64,000 nucleotides of DNA from Lingula anatina (lineage: Eukaryota; Animalia; Brachiopoda), in NCBI GenBank assembly GCA_051362555.1, contig CM120645.1:17050001-17114000 (forward strand), read 5' to 3'. Under the pieces are notes generated by a model. The model searched no databases. It saw nothing but the letters and a program-made list of their open reading frames with translations, and was not told the origin of the DNA. Both the position numbers and the translations under genes were made by a program. Below are positions 37,401-50,660 of the stretch, in pieces (the first letter of the stretch is position 1; each line of letters starts with the position of its first letter).

Positions 37401-40400
37401 TTATAGCATATAAAAACAGATTTCAAAGAAAAAATTGTTAATTATTTTCATAATACTCACATCATACAATAAGTCCAAAGGTAATGGCATTCTGAGATCA
37501 AAGAGACTAAGACCCTGCAATGGCAAAGAAAATTCAGCATGAACATACGTAATCCAGCATATTGCATGCACTACGCCCACTGAAACCACTGCAACATCAC
37601 TACAAGACCACTCCAAGACTTTTAGTAGACTAGACGCTGATCCTGAAAAGAGGCTTATAAAGTAACTTTTATTTCATCGGCAGTCTATAATCGGTTTGAT
37701 ATTGCATAATGATAGACAAATACATGACCATTTATTACAGGGTGGCCGTGCTATAAAACCAACGGGCCTTGACATTGATAGAAGGTGCTAAAGTTAGCAA
37801 AAGGTGCAAAAAATGGGCATTTTATTTAGCCTTGTTGTCATTATTTGATTGGTAATTACATGAATCCACAGGTAACATAAATCCCAAAAATCTCTGAACC
37901 AATAATATTACTTTCAATAAGATAATTGATTTTGAGGGTTAAGGAACAAGCAGTCATCTCAAAATCATAATTGAAACAAAGTCTACTTTTTACTATCTCG
38001 TCACATTTGCCATGTTGATGGTCTTTGGGGGATCATATTTCTCTATATACTGAACTGAGAATAAGACAATTTGCCCTGTCTATTAAAAGGTATATTTCTA
38101 TTTGTCATATGATTTCACACTTGTATTACTTCAATAAATGCAGTAATGCTGCACTTCAAATAATGCAAATAACAATTCTGGACCATCAAGTCACACTTTT
38201 TCTTTGACAAAATCTAACTTAAAATGTGTTAATTTCACACGTGAAGTCATCAAGGTGCAGGCCAAATAATGATTACATATTTGTAGAGATATGAAAATGC
38301 AAAATGACAGCTGATGAAACCTTAACTTCATCTAACTGTAATTATGAGCCTCCCGTTTCATGAAGTTTAACACATTGGGCAAATTGGTCTCTATTTTGAT
38401 GAAGCAGTATTGATCTCGTCAGTTCTTAGAAAAACGTTTTCCAATAGTTTCTAGGTTACCTGCCATTTATAAGTAATTCAAAGCAGCCACAAAGTGTCAG
38501 GGAGCTCAATTCCCATACCATTCACCTCAGTGCAGCAGCATGTTCACAGATGTGGAGCTTTTAACCTCTATGCAGGGTGTAATGCAATCAATTTTCATTT
38601 GTCAATAGGGCCGTCTGTAATCAGACTTACTGTGCGACACACTATAACCTGTGTTAACAGATCACAAGTGAATGTCTGTATAGCTGCCAACCACTTAGCG
38701 CACAGTCTGAGACAATTTTTTTTTCTCAGCAACATCTCTAATCCCCAAAGATTCAGTTTTAGTATTGGTGAAGACTTACCATTGAAGTATTGAGAAAACT
38801 GAGAAAAAAATGGTCTATTTCTAATTTCCGCTTGCTTGAGGGGAGATGCTACATTTGAGGAAATATTAACATACTTGCCTGGGTTCACTCTTGTATTAAT
38901 TTTATTTAAAAAAAGGGCTGAGCAAATTTACCAAATCAAATTCTTGAGTCAAACAATAACAATTTGTAGAACTATTTAAAATGTAATCATTCATTTTTTT
39001 ATACCAAAGCATGTCATCTGAACAAATGTAGAAAATTTTATCCTAATAAATGAAACCCATTGGATTAACAGACTGATGGCATAAAGAACTACAGTATTCC
39101 CTCTCTTACCTTTCCATTGACACAGCAGCAGACGACCATGTTAGGAGTGATGGGATCCACAGCCAGACCCGTCCTGTCACGGCCATTGAAAGCACCTAAA
39201 TACAATGACATTTTCAAATATCTAATGGACATTGTGCATCTTTAATTCTTTTAAATATCCAAGAAAATGTCCCAACCTTTATAAGTCCCCACCTCACATC
39301 ATATTGTATTTAAGATTTTTGATGTTTTATCAACACAGCCATCTAGACCTTGAAATGCAAAAAAAAATAAATAAATAAAATAAAATAAAAAAAATAAATA
39401 AATAAAATAATAATAAAATAGACATTGGTTTTCATTATGAAATTGTTTTTAAATTACTTATTTCCTCAACCCACTTACCAATCATGTACCAAAAAATGAG
39501 TAAATATAACAGCTTAACAACAACAATGACAATAACGGATTTCTATTCTGAAACAATTTCCTTCAGGCTACTGAAGCCAAATAATAATTGCAGTTCATAA
39601 ATGTCGCAGTGTAATTTTGAAAAAATTGTACAAGGTCAGCTTCAGCCTATAAAAGGATGACTCACAACTTAATATTTTAACAATGTCATTGCATGACACA
39701 GCAGTAGTTAAAACAGGCAAATTTCAAGCACATTTTAAAATTTCAACTTAAGGATCAATTAAATGTTGATTACCTCAAGTAATGTTCCATCAAGGATTTT
39801 AATCACTTTCATTTGAACAGCCATAGCAAGTAAATTCTGATTTATCTATCAAGGAATTTCATGGTTATTTATAAACTTTAAGACAAATTTAACACATTTC
39901 ACTGAAGCTTTTTGGACAATAATTAAAATATATATTTTAAAATCTAGCTTTAAGACCTCAGATGAATGACAGTCAATCAAATGATAACATCAGGTGTGCT
40001 CCATGCATAATTTATGGATACATCGCTAGCTTCACATTGCTCTACAGAAAACATGCACATGGATTGCGTAATTTTGTTACACAGACAAGGGTAATATTAT
40101 ACAGTTATCATATGGAACAGAGATGGGTGATATTCTACTCGCAGTAATCATATAAAACAGAGATGGGTGATATTCCACTCACAGTAATCATATAAAACAG
40201 AGATGGGTGATATTCCACTCACAGTAATCATATAAAACAGAGATGGGTGATATTCCACTCACAGTAATCATATAAAACAGAGATGGGTGATATTCCACTC
40301 ACAGTAATCATATAAAACAGAGATGGGTGATATTCCACTCACAGTAATCATATAAAACAGAGATAGGTGATATTCTACTCACAGTAATCATATAAAACAG

Positions 40401-43400
40401 AGATAGGTGATATTCTACTCACAGTAATCATATAAAACAGAGATAGGTGATATTCTACTCACAGTTATCATATGCAAGTATTTGGTCCCCTTTTTCCACA
40501 TCCACCACTGTCAGTCTTCGTGCAGTGCTGGTACATATTAACTGGAAGAGAAAGAAAGTAACATCAGGATTACAAGTCCATTTCCTTTTAAACAATTACA
40601 AGCCCATTTCATATGATAATTCACATCACAAATTAACTTGGTAAAACTAAGTTACTCATCATCAGAGACTTATTTTGCAAAGATTCTGAGGAGCAGGATT
40701 TCTGTTTGTATAACTGATGAATTGCAGATTAAGTAGTGTAGGTTTATAAAGCAAACTAAAGCTTTTTTTACAACAGGACCATAACAGACTGACAATAATG
40801 TGAATGTCATCAGATGATGACTACACACTGGTACCGATATCATTGCCATCACCAGATGACAACAGACTGGTAATAATGCCAATGCCATCACCAGATGACT
40901 ACAGAATGGTAATAATTCCAATGCCATCACCAGATGACTACAGAATGGTAATAATTCCAATGCAATCACCAGATGACTACAAAATGGCAATAATGCCAAT
41001 GCCAGCACCAGATGACTACAGAATGGTAATAATTCCAATGCAAACACCAGATGACTACAAAATGGCAATAATGCCAATGCCAGCACCAGATGACTACAGA
41101 ATGGTAATAATGCCAATGCCTTCACCAGATGACTACAGAATGTATGGATTCATGCCAGATTTAGAATTCTGCAAGGAAACAGGGTTTTCCCTTATCATCC
41201 AGTCTTCTGGTGACACATATTAGGTTAACTCTAGTGTCAGTAGTTTAAAGGGTGACACTAGTCTTGCTTTCTTCTCCCTTGTTTCCTAACTCACCCTGTG
41301 ACCGTCACTACTAAACCTGACTGCATTGATATTGCGTGCCAAACTGACTGTTGTTATCTAAAATGAAAAACAAAAATAAAGGTTAAGATAAGAATACGCA
41401 CAAAGTTTTAATCTGTGATACAGTGATACCTCATGAAAATTTGTCATTTGAAAATCTAGATGTGCACTAGTAATTAAATTCTAAGAAGTTATCTCAAAGT
41501 TTTTTAAAATACATTTCCACTTACTGTGTCAAATATACTTTTCATTTTGCAAATTATCCATGATTGACAGCATACAGTGATTTATGAATTTTGGAATGTA
41601 ATACAACAAGCTAATGAACAAATAATGTATAAAAAATACATGTCATGTTTTGTACAAAGCTACATAAAACACCAAGAATAGACAGGTGCACAGAAATGAA
41701 TTCAAGTAAATTGCAACTTATGTTTATAGAACTTTCATTACTTTTATTAAAAAATTTCAAAGGTTCACCCCTTCATTAATTTATCCAACTGGACAGATGC
41801 CTTTAGAGGAAGAGACAGTATGAATGAAAAATAAAAAAAGACATTATTGTGACTCACTGCATAGCTATGTAAAAGTTCACATCGTTGTGCAGTATAGAGG
41901 TTCACTTTCCCATCATACGCCCCTGAGCAAAAAAGATATCTATCCTGAAAGTAAAAAAATGGTGCATAAACTTTGTATTCAGTTCAAATGTACAGTGGCA
42001 TACTGCCAACATAGACAATGGCAGCTTTTCCTTAACTAGTATTTATCTATTGCATTTTCTAGGCATTTGGTCATAGTTTCTTATTGTAGTATGATCTACA
42101 GTTACAGTAATTTAATTTAATATTTTCACCATCATTTCCACCTGATTGAGGTTTCTTCTATATATTTCATTTGGAAAAAAAAAACACTTCCATTATATCT
42201 GCTCTATGATGACATTGCAGAGGGATACAGGTACCACACTTGAAGTGAACAGCACATGTACATGCATATGATACTGATGTCAAATAATGTGACACAATGC
42301 TATCCAATGATGTAAGTTTAATATGGTCTGATGTTTTCTTTGGATTTAGCATCTGTTACCTTAAATGTGATAAATAATAAAGACAGCAGATTTCTTTGAG
42401 CAGATAATCTAAACAGATGATGTCAGTCAAAATCATCTCTAGCACTCATCTCTGAACTTTATACACTAACAAGCATGCCCAAACAATGATTGCTTTTGCC
42501 AAGAGCCATAATTTGTCAATTCATGTATAAGTTTTTATAGGAAGAGGTGTTGGAGACACCACTTCAGAATCTCTTATTTCTTTTCTCATTACGGGAACAA
42601 TGGTGTGAAACTGTAGTGTAGGAATGGTGGCCATGGAAATTGATTAGAGCCTGCCTAATATTCATGAATCAATGTCACCAATTTTTTTTCCTTTAGTGAC
42701 AGTGTGAGCTATGTTATTTCAGAAGGAGGGGGTTAATGCATCTAGAAATATTCAATGTCCTTATTACTTTTATTTATAGGTTTCTAAGAGACCTGGTTCT
42801 ACAACATCCTAGGATTCAATAATAGAAAATATCTTTTTTTCTCATAAATTTTGTCTCTGTTGGTAACAAAAATATTCGATCAATCAAAAGTATGTAACAT
42901 ATGCAGGGCAGAAGTATGAGTAGCACAAAGTTTCAAGCACTAGCATGTACTGCCATTAGCTGTTTATGACATGTTCTTCAGTATTTTTACTTATATTCTC
43001 TGTTTCTGATATACTGCAGTATGTATAAAGTATGGTGACTTGTAGGCCCATGAGGCCGGGTGATGTTCTCATATCACATGTCCACGTTAATAAATAAATA
43101 AATAAATATATACACAGAACTTCAAGCTAGATGATAGGTGAAAAGGTTAACTGTTATCATAGGTAACATATTGTCCTAGCTTCTTATCAATTACTCTACC
43201 CTAGTTAAGATATACTAGTAGAACAATTTAAGTCAAACAGGTGTGCTAGAATAAGAAAACTGACAATAAAACACTTGATCTGATATTAAATTGAAGATGA
43301 TACTAACATGCAAAATGTAATATTTAATTATGCACACAATATTTTCTAGCACACAGGAAAACAACAGCATCTCAATGACGTTAATTTTAATTTCAACAAA

Positions 43401-43549
43401 GTACTTTCTCAGTGGGTCTAGAGATTTAGTACACAAAAATATAATGTATTGAGCAACTCATCAGGTGTATTTACCTTGGGGTGGAAAGCGACTCCTCGTA
43501 CGCTACCTTGGTGGTGATTGAGGAACCGCACGGTCCCTCCCTGCTGCAT
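33461..43549 (-). CDS. WD40-repeat protein, 336 aa, uncharacterised
   Basis: Exons 43549-43475, 41944-41858, 41357-41295, 40541-40463, 39195-39110, 37514-37461, 35941-35837, 35080-34969, 34667-34562, 33971-33820, 33552-33461 (1011 nt, phase-consistent; in-frame TAA upstream of the ATG). Motifs HQGSVRGVAFHP..FCSGAYDGKVNLY, INAVRFSSDG, HKNDIEDMDISP..YLVTSSKDRSVGVY. Confidence 0.92.
33553..33819 (-). other. U12-type (minor spliceosome) GT-AG intron
   Basis: 5' splice site GTATCCTTT; branch site acacttaac 9 nt before the end of the intron (cttaactttgttcag); no long polypyrimidine tract. Confidence 0.85.
34461..34495. repeat. poly(A) homopolymer (~35 nt)
   Basis: Direct read. Confidence 0.9.
34657..34820 (-). 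repeat. 44-bp minisatellite x~4 containing the acceptor and start of WD40 exon 34667-34562
   Basis: atcaccaaacctg (= cag|gtttggtgat on minus) at 34658, 34701, 34745 and 34789. Confidence 0.9.
35203..35508. mobile_element. Non-autonomous TIR element with subterminal TGCAAATTTGC repeats, EnSpm/CACTA-like
   Basis: Termini tcctcagcaaaata / tattttgctaaggg, flanking AT dinucleotide, internal ~120-130 bp duplication. Confidence 0.7.
40101..40474 (-). repeat. 40-bp minisatellite x9 of the WD40 exon 40541-40463 end plus donor
   Basis: Unit tataaaacagagatgggtgatattccactcacagtaatca; on minus atatgataact|gtgagt. Confidence 0.95.
40804..41143. repeat. 39-bp intronic minisatellite x~8.5
   Basis: Unit atgccatcaccagatgactacagaatggtaataattcca; accounts for ORFs 40804..41223(+) and 40670..41125(-). 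Confidence 0.93.
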
Positions 43550-44110
43550 CTCTCTCCACCTCGACAAAGGTTATAAACTTCCAACTAAAGGTAAGGCCTG
43601 GCCTGACCCCTATAATCCTGCGGCTTGCACCGTCAATTTTATGCCAAAACTACTGAGGCGATTTCATCCAAAGGCCGTGATTCTTAATCTGTCTCATAAA
43701 ACAGAAATGGAAAAAGATGGTAAATTGTGATTCAGTTCGCGTGAAAACGTGCATCAAAACATCACAGACACAGAGACCTATCGCCTTTCCTTGTGTTTGG
43801 CTTAGAGACTATTCGCGGCATGATTACGACAATGTTTCTGTTTAAGATTTGCTTGTTTTATCTTTCTTGAGCATAAATTCGACCAAACAACAAATCTTAA
43901 GGTGTTTTTATATCATATTACCGAGCACCTGGGTATGAGATATTGTTTTTCAGTTTTTGGTTGTCGTGTTTCGACCGACTATTTACTTCCGGGTGACGTC
44001 ACGTGCTCTTGTTGGTTTCTTCTAAAAGCAACAGTTGCCCGCTCAACATAAGAATCGTTTACGGCCAGCAAGTGAACATAGACAGAAATCTCCTAGCCGA
44101 ACAGGTGAGT
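43550..44110. promoter_or_regulatory. Bidirectional promoter, WD40 gene (-) / unidentified + transcript, with ETS-CRE-E-box cluster
   Basis: CpG-enriched; acttccgggtgacgtcacgtg at 43985-44005; + strand donor acag|gtgagt at 44105. Confidence 0.65.
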
Positions 44111-44409
44111 GTTATTATGTTTCCCGTCAAGAGTTTAGGTTCAAATCCTGTGGTAGATACACCGGGTACTGTAATGAATGCATAGAAATGATTTTACCAG
44201 TGACATTTCAGATGGAAAATACACCAATGTTTGTGATAGAAATCAACTTTTTATGTCTTAAATTATTTGATAACGAAACAGGTGTAAGGCAGTTGCTTTT
44301 TAAAGGAAAATTATCCATTATCAAATGTAGTGATTCGTTTGAATCCTATTTTTGATCAGTAGGAAAAAAATTAGACCACCGATACAAACGTGGGAAAAGT
44401 CGACGTCCA

Positions 44410-44800
44410 TTTGCTTGGTCAACGCAAATAAAAAAGGGCGGGGTGGGTCCTCGGACACGACCGCACGCTGACTAACACTAACACTCACGTGCAGCATGTA
44501 GCCGGTTGTCGTGACATAACTACAGGTTGTTTTGGGGATTTTTGAATTTATATTAAGTGCAGTGACTCACAGAATCCTTTGAAATTCATCATGGATTGAT
44601 GAATCAGGAGTTGAAGAAACTCATGCTGCCGTCTACAGCAAAGTGCAAGTTTACGTGAGGTCTGTGACAGATTACACTATTTTTTCCAGACTGATTTTTG
44701 AGACTCATCTCTGAGTGTCATATAATAGGGTTGGAGACCTGCAGGCATTTCTAACAGGCTTAAGAGTAGTTCATCATTGGACACAGGTACATTTATGAGG
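44410..44800 (+). other. Candidate alternative first (5'UTR) exon of a + strand gene
   Basis: GC box gggcggggtggg at ~44436, CpG patch, donor gagg|gtaagg at 44801; no convincing ORF. Confidence 0.35.
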
Positions 44801-47800
44801 GTAAGGTCATCTCATTTGTCATAGATAATATCCTGGTTGTTATGTTCCTGTAGTTCCTGGTTGAACACTTCTTGTGATTTACGGCCTATAATGAATTTGT
44901 AATTTTGTAAAAGTGAAAGAGAATTGAAAATGTACAATAAATTATAAAAGAAAAATATTCGTTCAAGTGATACAATTTTATTAATTATTGCAACAAGTCA
45001 GACCTGAAAGTGATTGGATTTTAAATATATATTTGTGCAACATTTGTTCCAAAGGAGCCAAACCATATCATCTTTACTTGTTTTACTTTAGATTTAGTAT
45101 GGAGCTTTATTTGATTAACAGGCAGGTTTGATTAGAAAATCAGCAAAATTTAATTATTAAACAAAATGTTGAATTTTATCAGTAATTTATTAATTAATTT
45201 AATCGTTAATTTTATTATTTATTTAATTATTATTATTTTTGCATGTATCCTTGTAACCCATATAATTACTAGTAACGTGATTCTGTTTTACATTAGGTTT
45301 GCTAGAAGACTTGGCTTAGTCAAAAAAATTACTGGTGTCAGTACTAGTATGCTTGCCAGCTTTGCTGTCTAGTGTTAAATGACTTTTCAAAACCTTGCTG
45401 ATATTGTAGGGATTATACAAATCAAAAATGCCAATACCCAAAGGTGGAATGGGCTGACATGTGGCACACATGCCCTCCCCCCCATCCATGTTTTTGAATT
45501 TGTGTAATTTTTATTTATATTTGCACATATAGCTTCCCATGTGTAAACCCCTTTCCCAATGTAGTAAAAAAATTGGGAAAGTATCAGATGGAGCAAGAAG
45601 TAGTTTTGAGACAAAATATTGTAAGACCATCTGAGGATAACTGTTGTTTAGCATAGATTTTACAACACCAAAGTTGTTATGGGTATAAGGCAGCTATGAA
45701 GTGAATGGCTTCCTTGACGTGACACATATCATATTCAAGATGCAATAATTGACATGAATTTGTGTAGTGGATGATTGTCACAATAGAAATGCAGCCAACC
45801 AAAAAGTGCTGGACATAGTAAATGGACCTTTGAATCAAAGTTTTCTTTATTAAAATGAATAGGTAACAGATACTGAGAGAAAGTGGAGAAGTATGTACAC
45901 ATCTGTGACTCAGTATTCCATGCTGAGATTTGATTAAACCACAGAATTGATATTTTGAATCAACATACTGAGAAAAGATTGCACTGATGTAAAGAAGTGG
46001 TTGATCTTAAATGATATACCTGAACAACAATTTACAGGAGCAACCTCATCGTTAACTCTCTGCAGAACTATTGTGGGAAGAAAATGATTTATAATGAAGG
46101 GAAATAATTGATAAAAGGGGCTTTAATGGAATTCCTAGAAAGCTGGTTACGTGTAGATAATTTACTCAGAAAAATTTTCAGAATACCCATGCATTTCAGC
46201 CTTTCATGTAAATGACTCAAATGGTCTATGATAAGATTAAGATCCTAGTGCCTGGCTGGCCTTGTCTTTATGTATTTTATTGAAGACAACAAGGCTGTAT
46301 TTTATAACTGGTAATATTACTGTCAGCAAGCAAGTGTCATGGCAGGGTTCAAGTAGTGTTAAAGACCTCATATAGTCATGAAATAGTGGACAGGGTCATG
46401 CAAGCATATTTTTCTGTTTTTAGAAAAACGTCTGATGATATTGTATTGTCTTCTACTGGTACTTATTTTTTAACATTTTGTATTTTCTTATTGAGCAACC
46501 AGATGTAAATATCAGTTAACTTTAGATTGTCATTCCACATTTTTGGTTAGATTGGTGAGATTTTTGTGAGGCTAATTTAAGGATAATATTTATTTTCTAC
46601 AGCTAGTATAATCCTGATAATGATTATTTCAAAATTATATGTGTACATAAGCCTGGGTTGTATTTTTATCAGAGGAGTAAACAAAGATTAGATATCCGTG
46701 TTCACATAAAATAAAAACCATGTATTGGGAGCCAACTAGATGAGGTCTCATTGTAGGAAGTCTAAATGGCAGGTAACTTGAGGACACAGAAAATATCAGA
46801 ATTTTCAAATGTCATTTTTGGGAAACATGAAATAGTCCTTTTTGGTACTTCATTAGTTAGGCTATTTGAAACTGTATGGTAACATTTACTATAGTTATTT
46901 TTCCCAGAAAATTGCCACGCCAACTCACTTCAAATGCATCTTAGATATGTAGCAAGGTTGAACAGAGTCCTCCCACTGCACCTCAGACATCTGAAATTGA
47001 AACTGATACGTGATTTTTTTCTTGTTTATTCTGTTTCAGTTCTGAAACCATTTATATTACACGCTTCCGTACATTTAGTCTGACCTGTCTTATTGCAGAC
47101 CTGTCAGTGTTGTAGATGGTGAAGTACAGTGTGCATGCTTATTTCAAACAAAACTCAGCGTCCACACAGGTGATTGTGTGGGCTGGACAAGCCTGCTATG
47201 AGGGACATGAGACCAAACTTTGTCAACTGTTTAACTTTAAAACCACTTTTTCACTGATTCGATACTTTTTCTACTGCTAGGTCGAAAATGAACATGGATT
47301 GTTATCGACTTTCAATGTCACACCTGAATGAGGAAGTAAATTCCAGCATGACATACTGGGGATAATGATCAAATAGGTGACATATTGTCAGGTGGTAAAT
47401 GACAAGGCTGAGGTGAACAACTCAAGAATATGCTATAAAAATAATATAACATTTGAATAAAAAAAAACCCAGGATGTTAATGTTGAATTCTGGGAAAGGT
47501 TATCTAAATAAGTGGAAAAAGCTGGCAGGTAGCACATACATGGCGAGATAAAGCCATTAGCCTAGTAGTATTTCTAGATTTTTTAAAAAGTGAATTTATT
47601 TTATTCTTAAATAGGGCCTATTTTTCTTAGAAGAAATCTCATTCCCCTTAGAAAGAAAGTGTGTCTTTAAGCTCAAAAAGAGATTTTAGAAAGTCGCTGG
47701 ATGTATTTCTAAGCGTGAGAAAGAAAGAAAGAAAAAAAAGGAAGATTGAGGGCCACCAACTTTTGTATTCTTAGTTCTCATAATTTCATTAAAAAGAAAC

Positions 47801-48230
47801 AGCTACAGAATTAAGTAGAACAATCATATAACAACCAAAATAGATGAGTAAATAAATGCAGGATCGAGTAATACCAGCCTTAGAAGGTGTAGTTTAAAGA
47901 AAAAAAGTGGCAATCACTATCAGACAGTATATTTTTTGCTTTCCTTTCATATTCCTGACATAAGTGAAGTGTTCAAGGCTTTGCCCTCACAGCTTCTGTG
48001 TGCCCTGATACTATAATAGCCTGGAAGCTATAAAGCAGTGTTCTCCCTCAGGGAATCCTGTAGGAATGAGCCAGCTTATTGGTGCTCTAGGGCATCTGTG
48101 TGGGTTTGTGACTATCACAGACGTGTATGGTCTGGGAGAGAGAGTTTGTGGGATTCTGAGTGATTAAAACTGTAAATCACTGAGATAGTGATGTGTAACT
48201 GAGTAAAAGTTGCTCTTTCCCTCCCTCTCC

Positions 48231-48231
<1 letters not shown>

Positions 48232-48262
<31 letters not shown>
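48232..48262. repeat. (CT)n microsatellite
   Basis: Direct read. Confidence 0.9.
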
Positions 48263-48266
<4 letters not shown>

Positions 48267-48719
48267 AATCACTGAATCTTTACTTCTTGGTATTATAAAA
48301 GAGTCCTTGTTTACATTCAAACTAGGACAATACTTGTACACTGGCTTTTGTTATCAGTAATTTTATAAAAGCAGGTGAAGAATAATGATTTTGTGATGAG
48401 ATATGGGTGAAGAAATATTCCCAAAGTTGATAGCTCCAAGCTTATGCTCAGTGTTGATAACTAAGAATGTAATACACGTACATGCCTACTGACAATATAC
48501 ATTTCTCCCCCATTTACTTCTTGACAAACCATGTCTAGTGCTGCCACAAAACACTTCATAATGGGGGGATTGCATGCTGTTTGTTTTTCTTTTTTTGCAG
48601 ATTTACAGACACTTTTCAATTTTTGTCTATGATAAGGTGGAAAATTCTGACAGTTTTTATTCTCACAGGAAATCTTTATACAGGTTCTACAAAATTCTTC
48701 CATTTTCTTTAACTAAGGT

Positions 48720-50660
48720 AAATCAGAATTCTTCGTGCCAGTGAATCTACACTGATTGACCGTTCCGAGATCAGTTATGCCTCAGTCTATGTCTTTTTCC
48801 TTGGTAAAAGGTATTACGGTAATGTGCCAAGCATTTCGACGGGCCCAGTCAATCCGACCATAAAAATTATTTTATAAAATTAATTTTTCTGGGCTCAAAC
48901 ATTTAGTCCATACGTCAAAATCATGCGACAGAATTTTTTTCTTGTTCCGATTGTTCGACCACATCGTCGGCAAGACTCGGTAAATTTTCAAGCCAGTCAT
49001 ACAGATGCTGCATGCCGGGCCCTTTGTCAATTGTTGTCCTTTCAATAGCTCTCGTCAATGAGGAAGAAACTATTAATTGAAGATCTAATCTGGAAGCATG
49101 ACGTACCTGTCATTTCCTTTGTCCCAGATGACAAAATAGTGTTATACAATTTGTGCTAATTAAGCAGACTTGCCCTCGCTGACTGATTCATCACGCCCGT
49201 AACTGGGGAAGGTGGGGTGTGTGTGTGTGTGTGTGTGTGTGGGGGGGGGGGTTTAAAAAAGGTCCATTCTGGTTGAAACCAAATATCGACAGTGGGTAGA
49301 ATACGTCAAAAACACCTTCATATAGACCATATATAGCGTTTGCTAGCAATAAAAAGTTTGGAAAGAATAAGCAATTTATTTTCAAGTTTGATTGAAATAT
49401 ATATGCAGATGGAGAAACATTCTTGAAGTCAACACCGCAAGATCTTACATTTACTTCAATCGACCGAAAGATCAGCGGGATTGACCGCCCAGACTTCTTG
49501 GCGCCAAATACCACGCGCTGTCAAAATCTGACGAACACGTGTAGCTGTTCACCTACATGGGTAACTGATTTGTCAACAATAAAAATGACGTCTTCCTTAA
49601 CTCCATGAGAGCTTCATAGAGAGTTCCACTGGATATTTACGTTACCTGTGAGTCACTTTTTATTTCCCCAGATGCATGAAATGTTGATGATATTTAACGT
49701 AATCCACGAAGAACTCCATTCCTGTGACCCCCCTCCCCCAAAATGGGACCGTCTTCATTAACATGTGGTTTGCGCTATGCTGGACCAGACCAGTTAAGAC
49801 CTGTCTCATTTCTGCATGTGCTCAATTCTCGCGTCAAATTATAAATGCACTTGTTTTGTGAAAATTATGGCAATTAAATGCTTATTTTACGTTCGGGTTG
49901 TATCAGTGGGGTTTTCAATATGCACCGTGGTTTGTGCACAGCGAGAGTATATAAGTAAGAAAATCGGAAGAGTGCCAGCAAGATAGGCCTACTGTATGTC
50001 TATCGGCACAGGTAGGCTCCGTATTTTGCCTTTTCTCAATATGTTTTTATATGACATGCTTTTTAAATAAAATACTTATAAGTAATTTGAAGTTACACTG
50101 AATTCTGTTTGAGTGCCAGTTGGTATTCTTTGATACGGGTGATTGAATTTTCTTCGGAAGTACGTCTACGCCTCGACGCTGAGCAAGCCTTGCGGGTTGA
50201 AAACAACTGATCTCAGACTGGTAAAAAAATTTCAATTCGGTTGATTTCAGTTGTCATATTAAAATTCAAATAGGGCGAACGTAGATCACATAACTAGTTT
50301 AAGTCTACTAAAGCTACCGGTTTCAAATATAAGTGACCGGCCTTTGTTTACAACACCCGTCTCTGGGGAAATACTCGTCCCACTCTTGAAGCGCATCATG
50401 AAAATTATCGTAGGTGAGGGAAATATATAATTAGAAATTATTATTGTCGTCTTTTTTAATGTTAAGTAATGTTAGCACATATTGTACACAGCAAAATAAG
50501 ATTTTAAAAGGAGGATAAAACAAGCCTGAAACACGTGTTAGGCGAAAATTGCGGCTTATCTTGCGTAACACTTCCGGTAAAATGCAATACTTCCGGAAAG
50601 ATGGACGTTTTGGCAGATACCCCTAACAATCCGACGATATCAAAGGTTTCCATTTGCTGT
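48720..50660. promoter_or_regulatory. CpG-enriched multi-promoter region
   Basis: High CpG relative to flanks; tatataag at ~49948 followed by donor cag|gtagg at 50012; donor tag|gtgag at 50414; tandem ETS cttccgg at 50571 and 50590 before ATG 50601. Confidence 0.5.

Noticed and set aside
37515-37642. Open-frame extension upstream of WD40 exon 37514-37461
   Set aside because: The upstream acceptor needs phase 1 while the previous exon ends in phase 0; the short exon fits.
40670-41223. 151-aa and 139-aa ORFs (PDDYRM / LLPFCSHL repeats)
   Set aside because: Open only because the 39-bp unit is a stop-free multiple of 3; intronic, with no gene signals.
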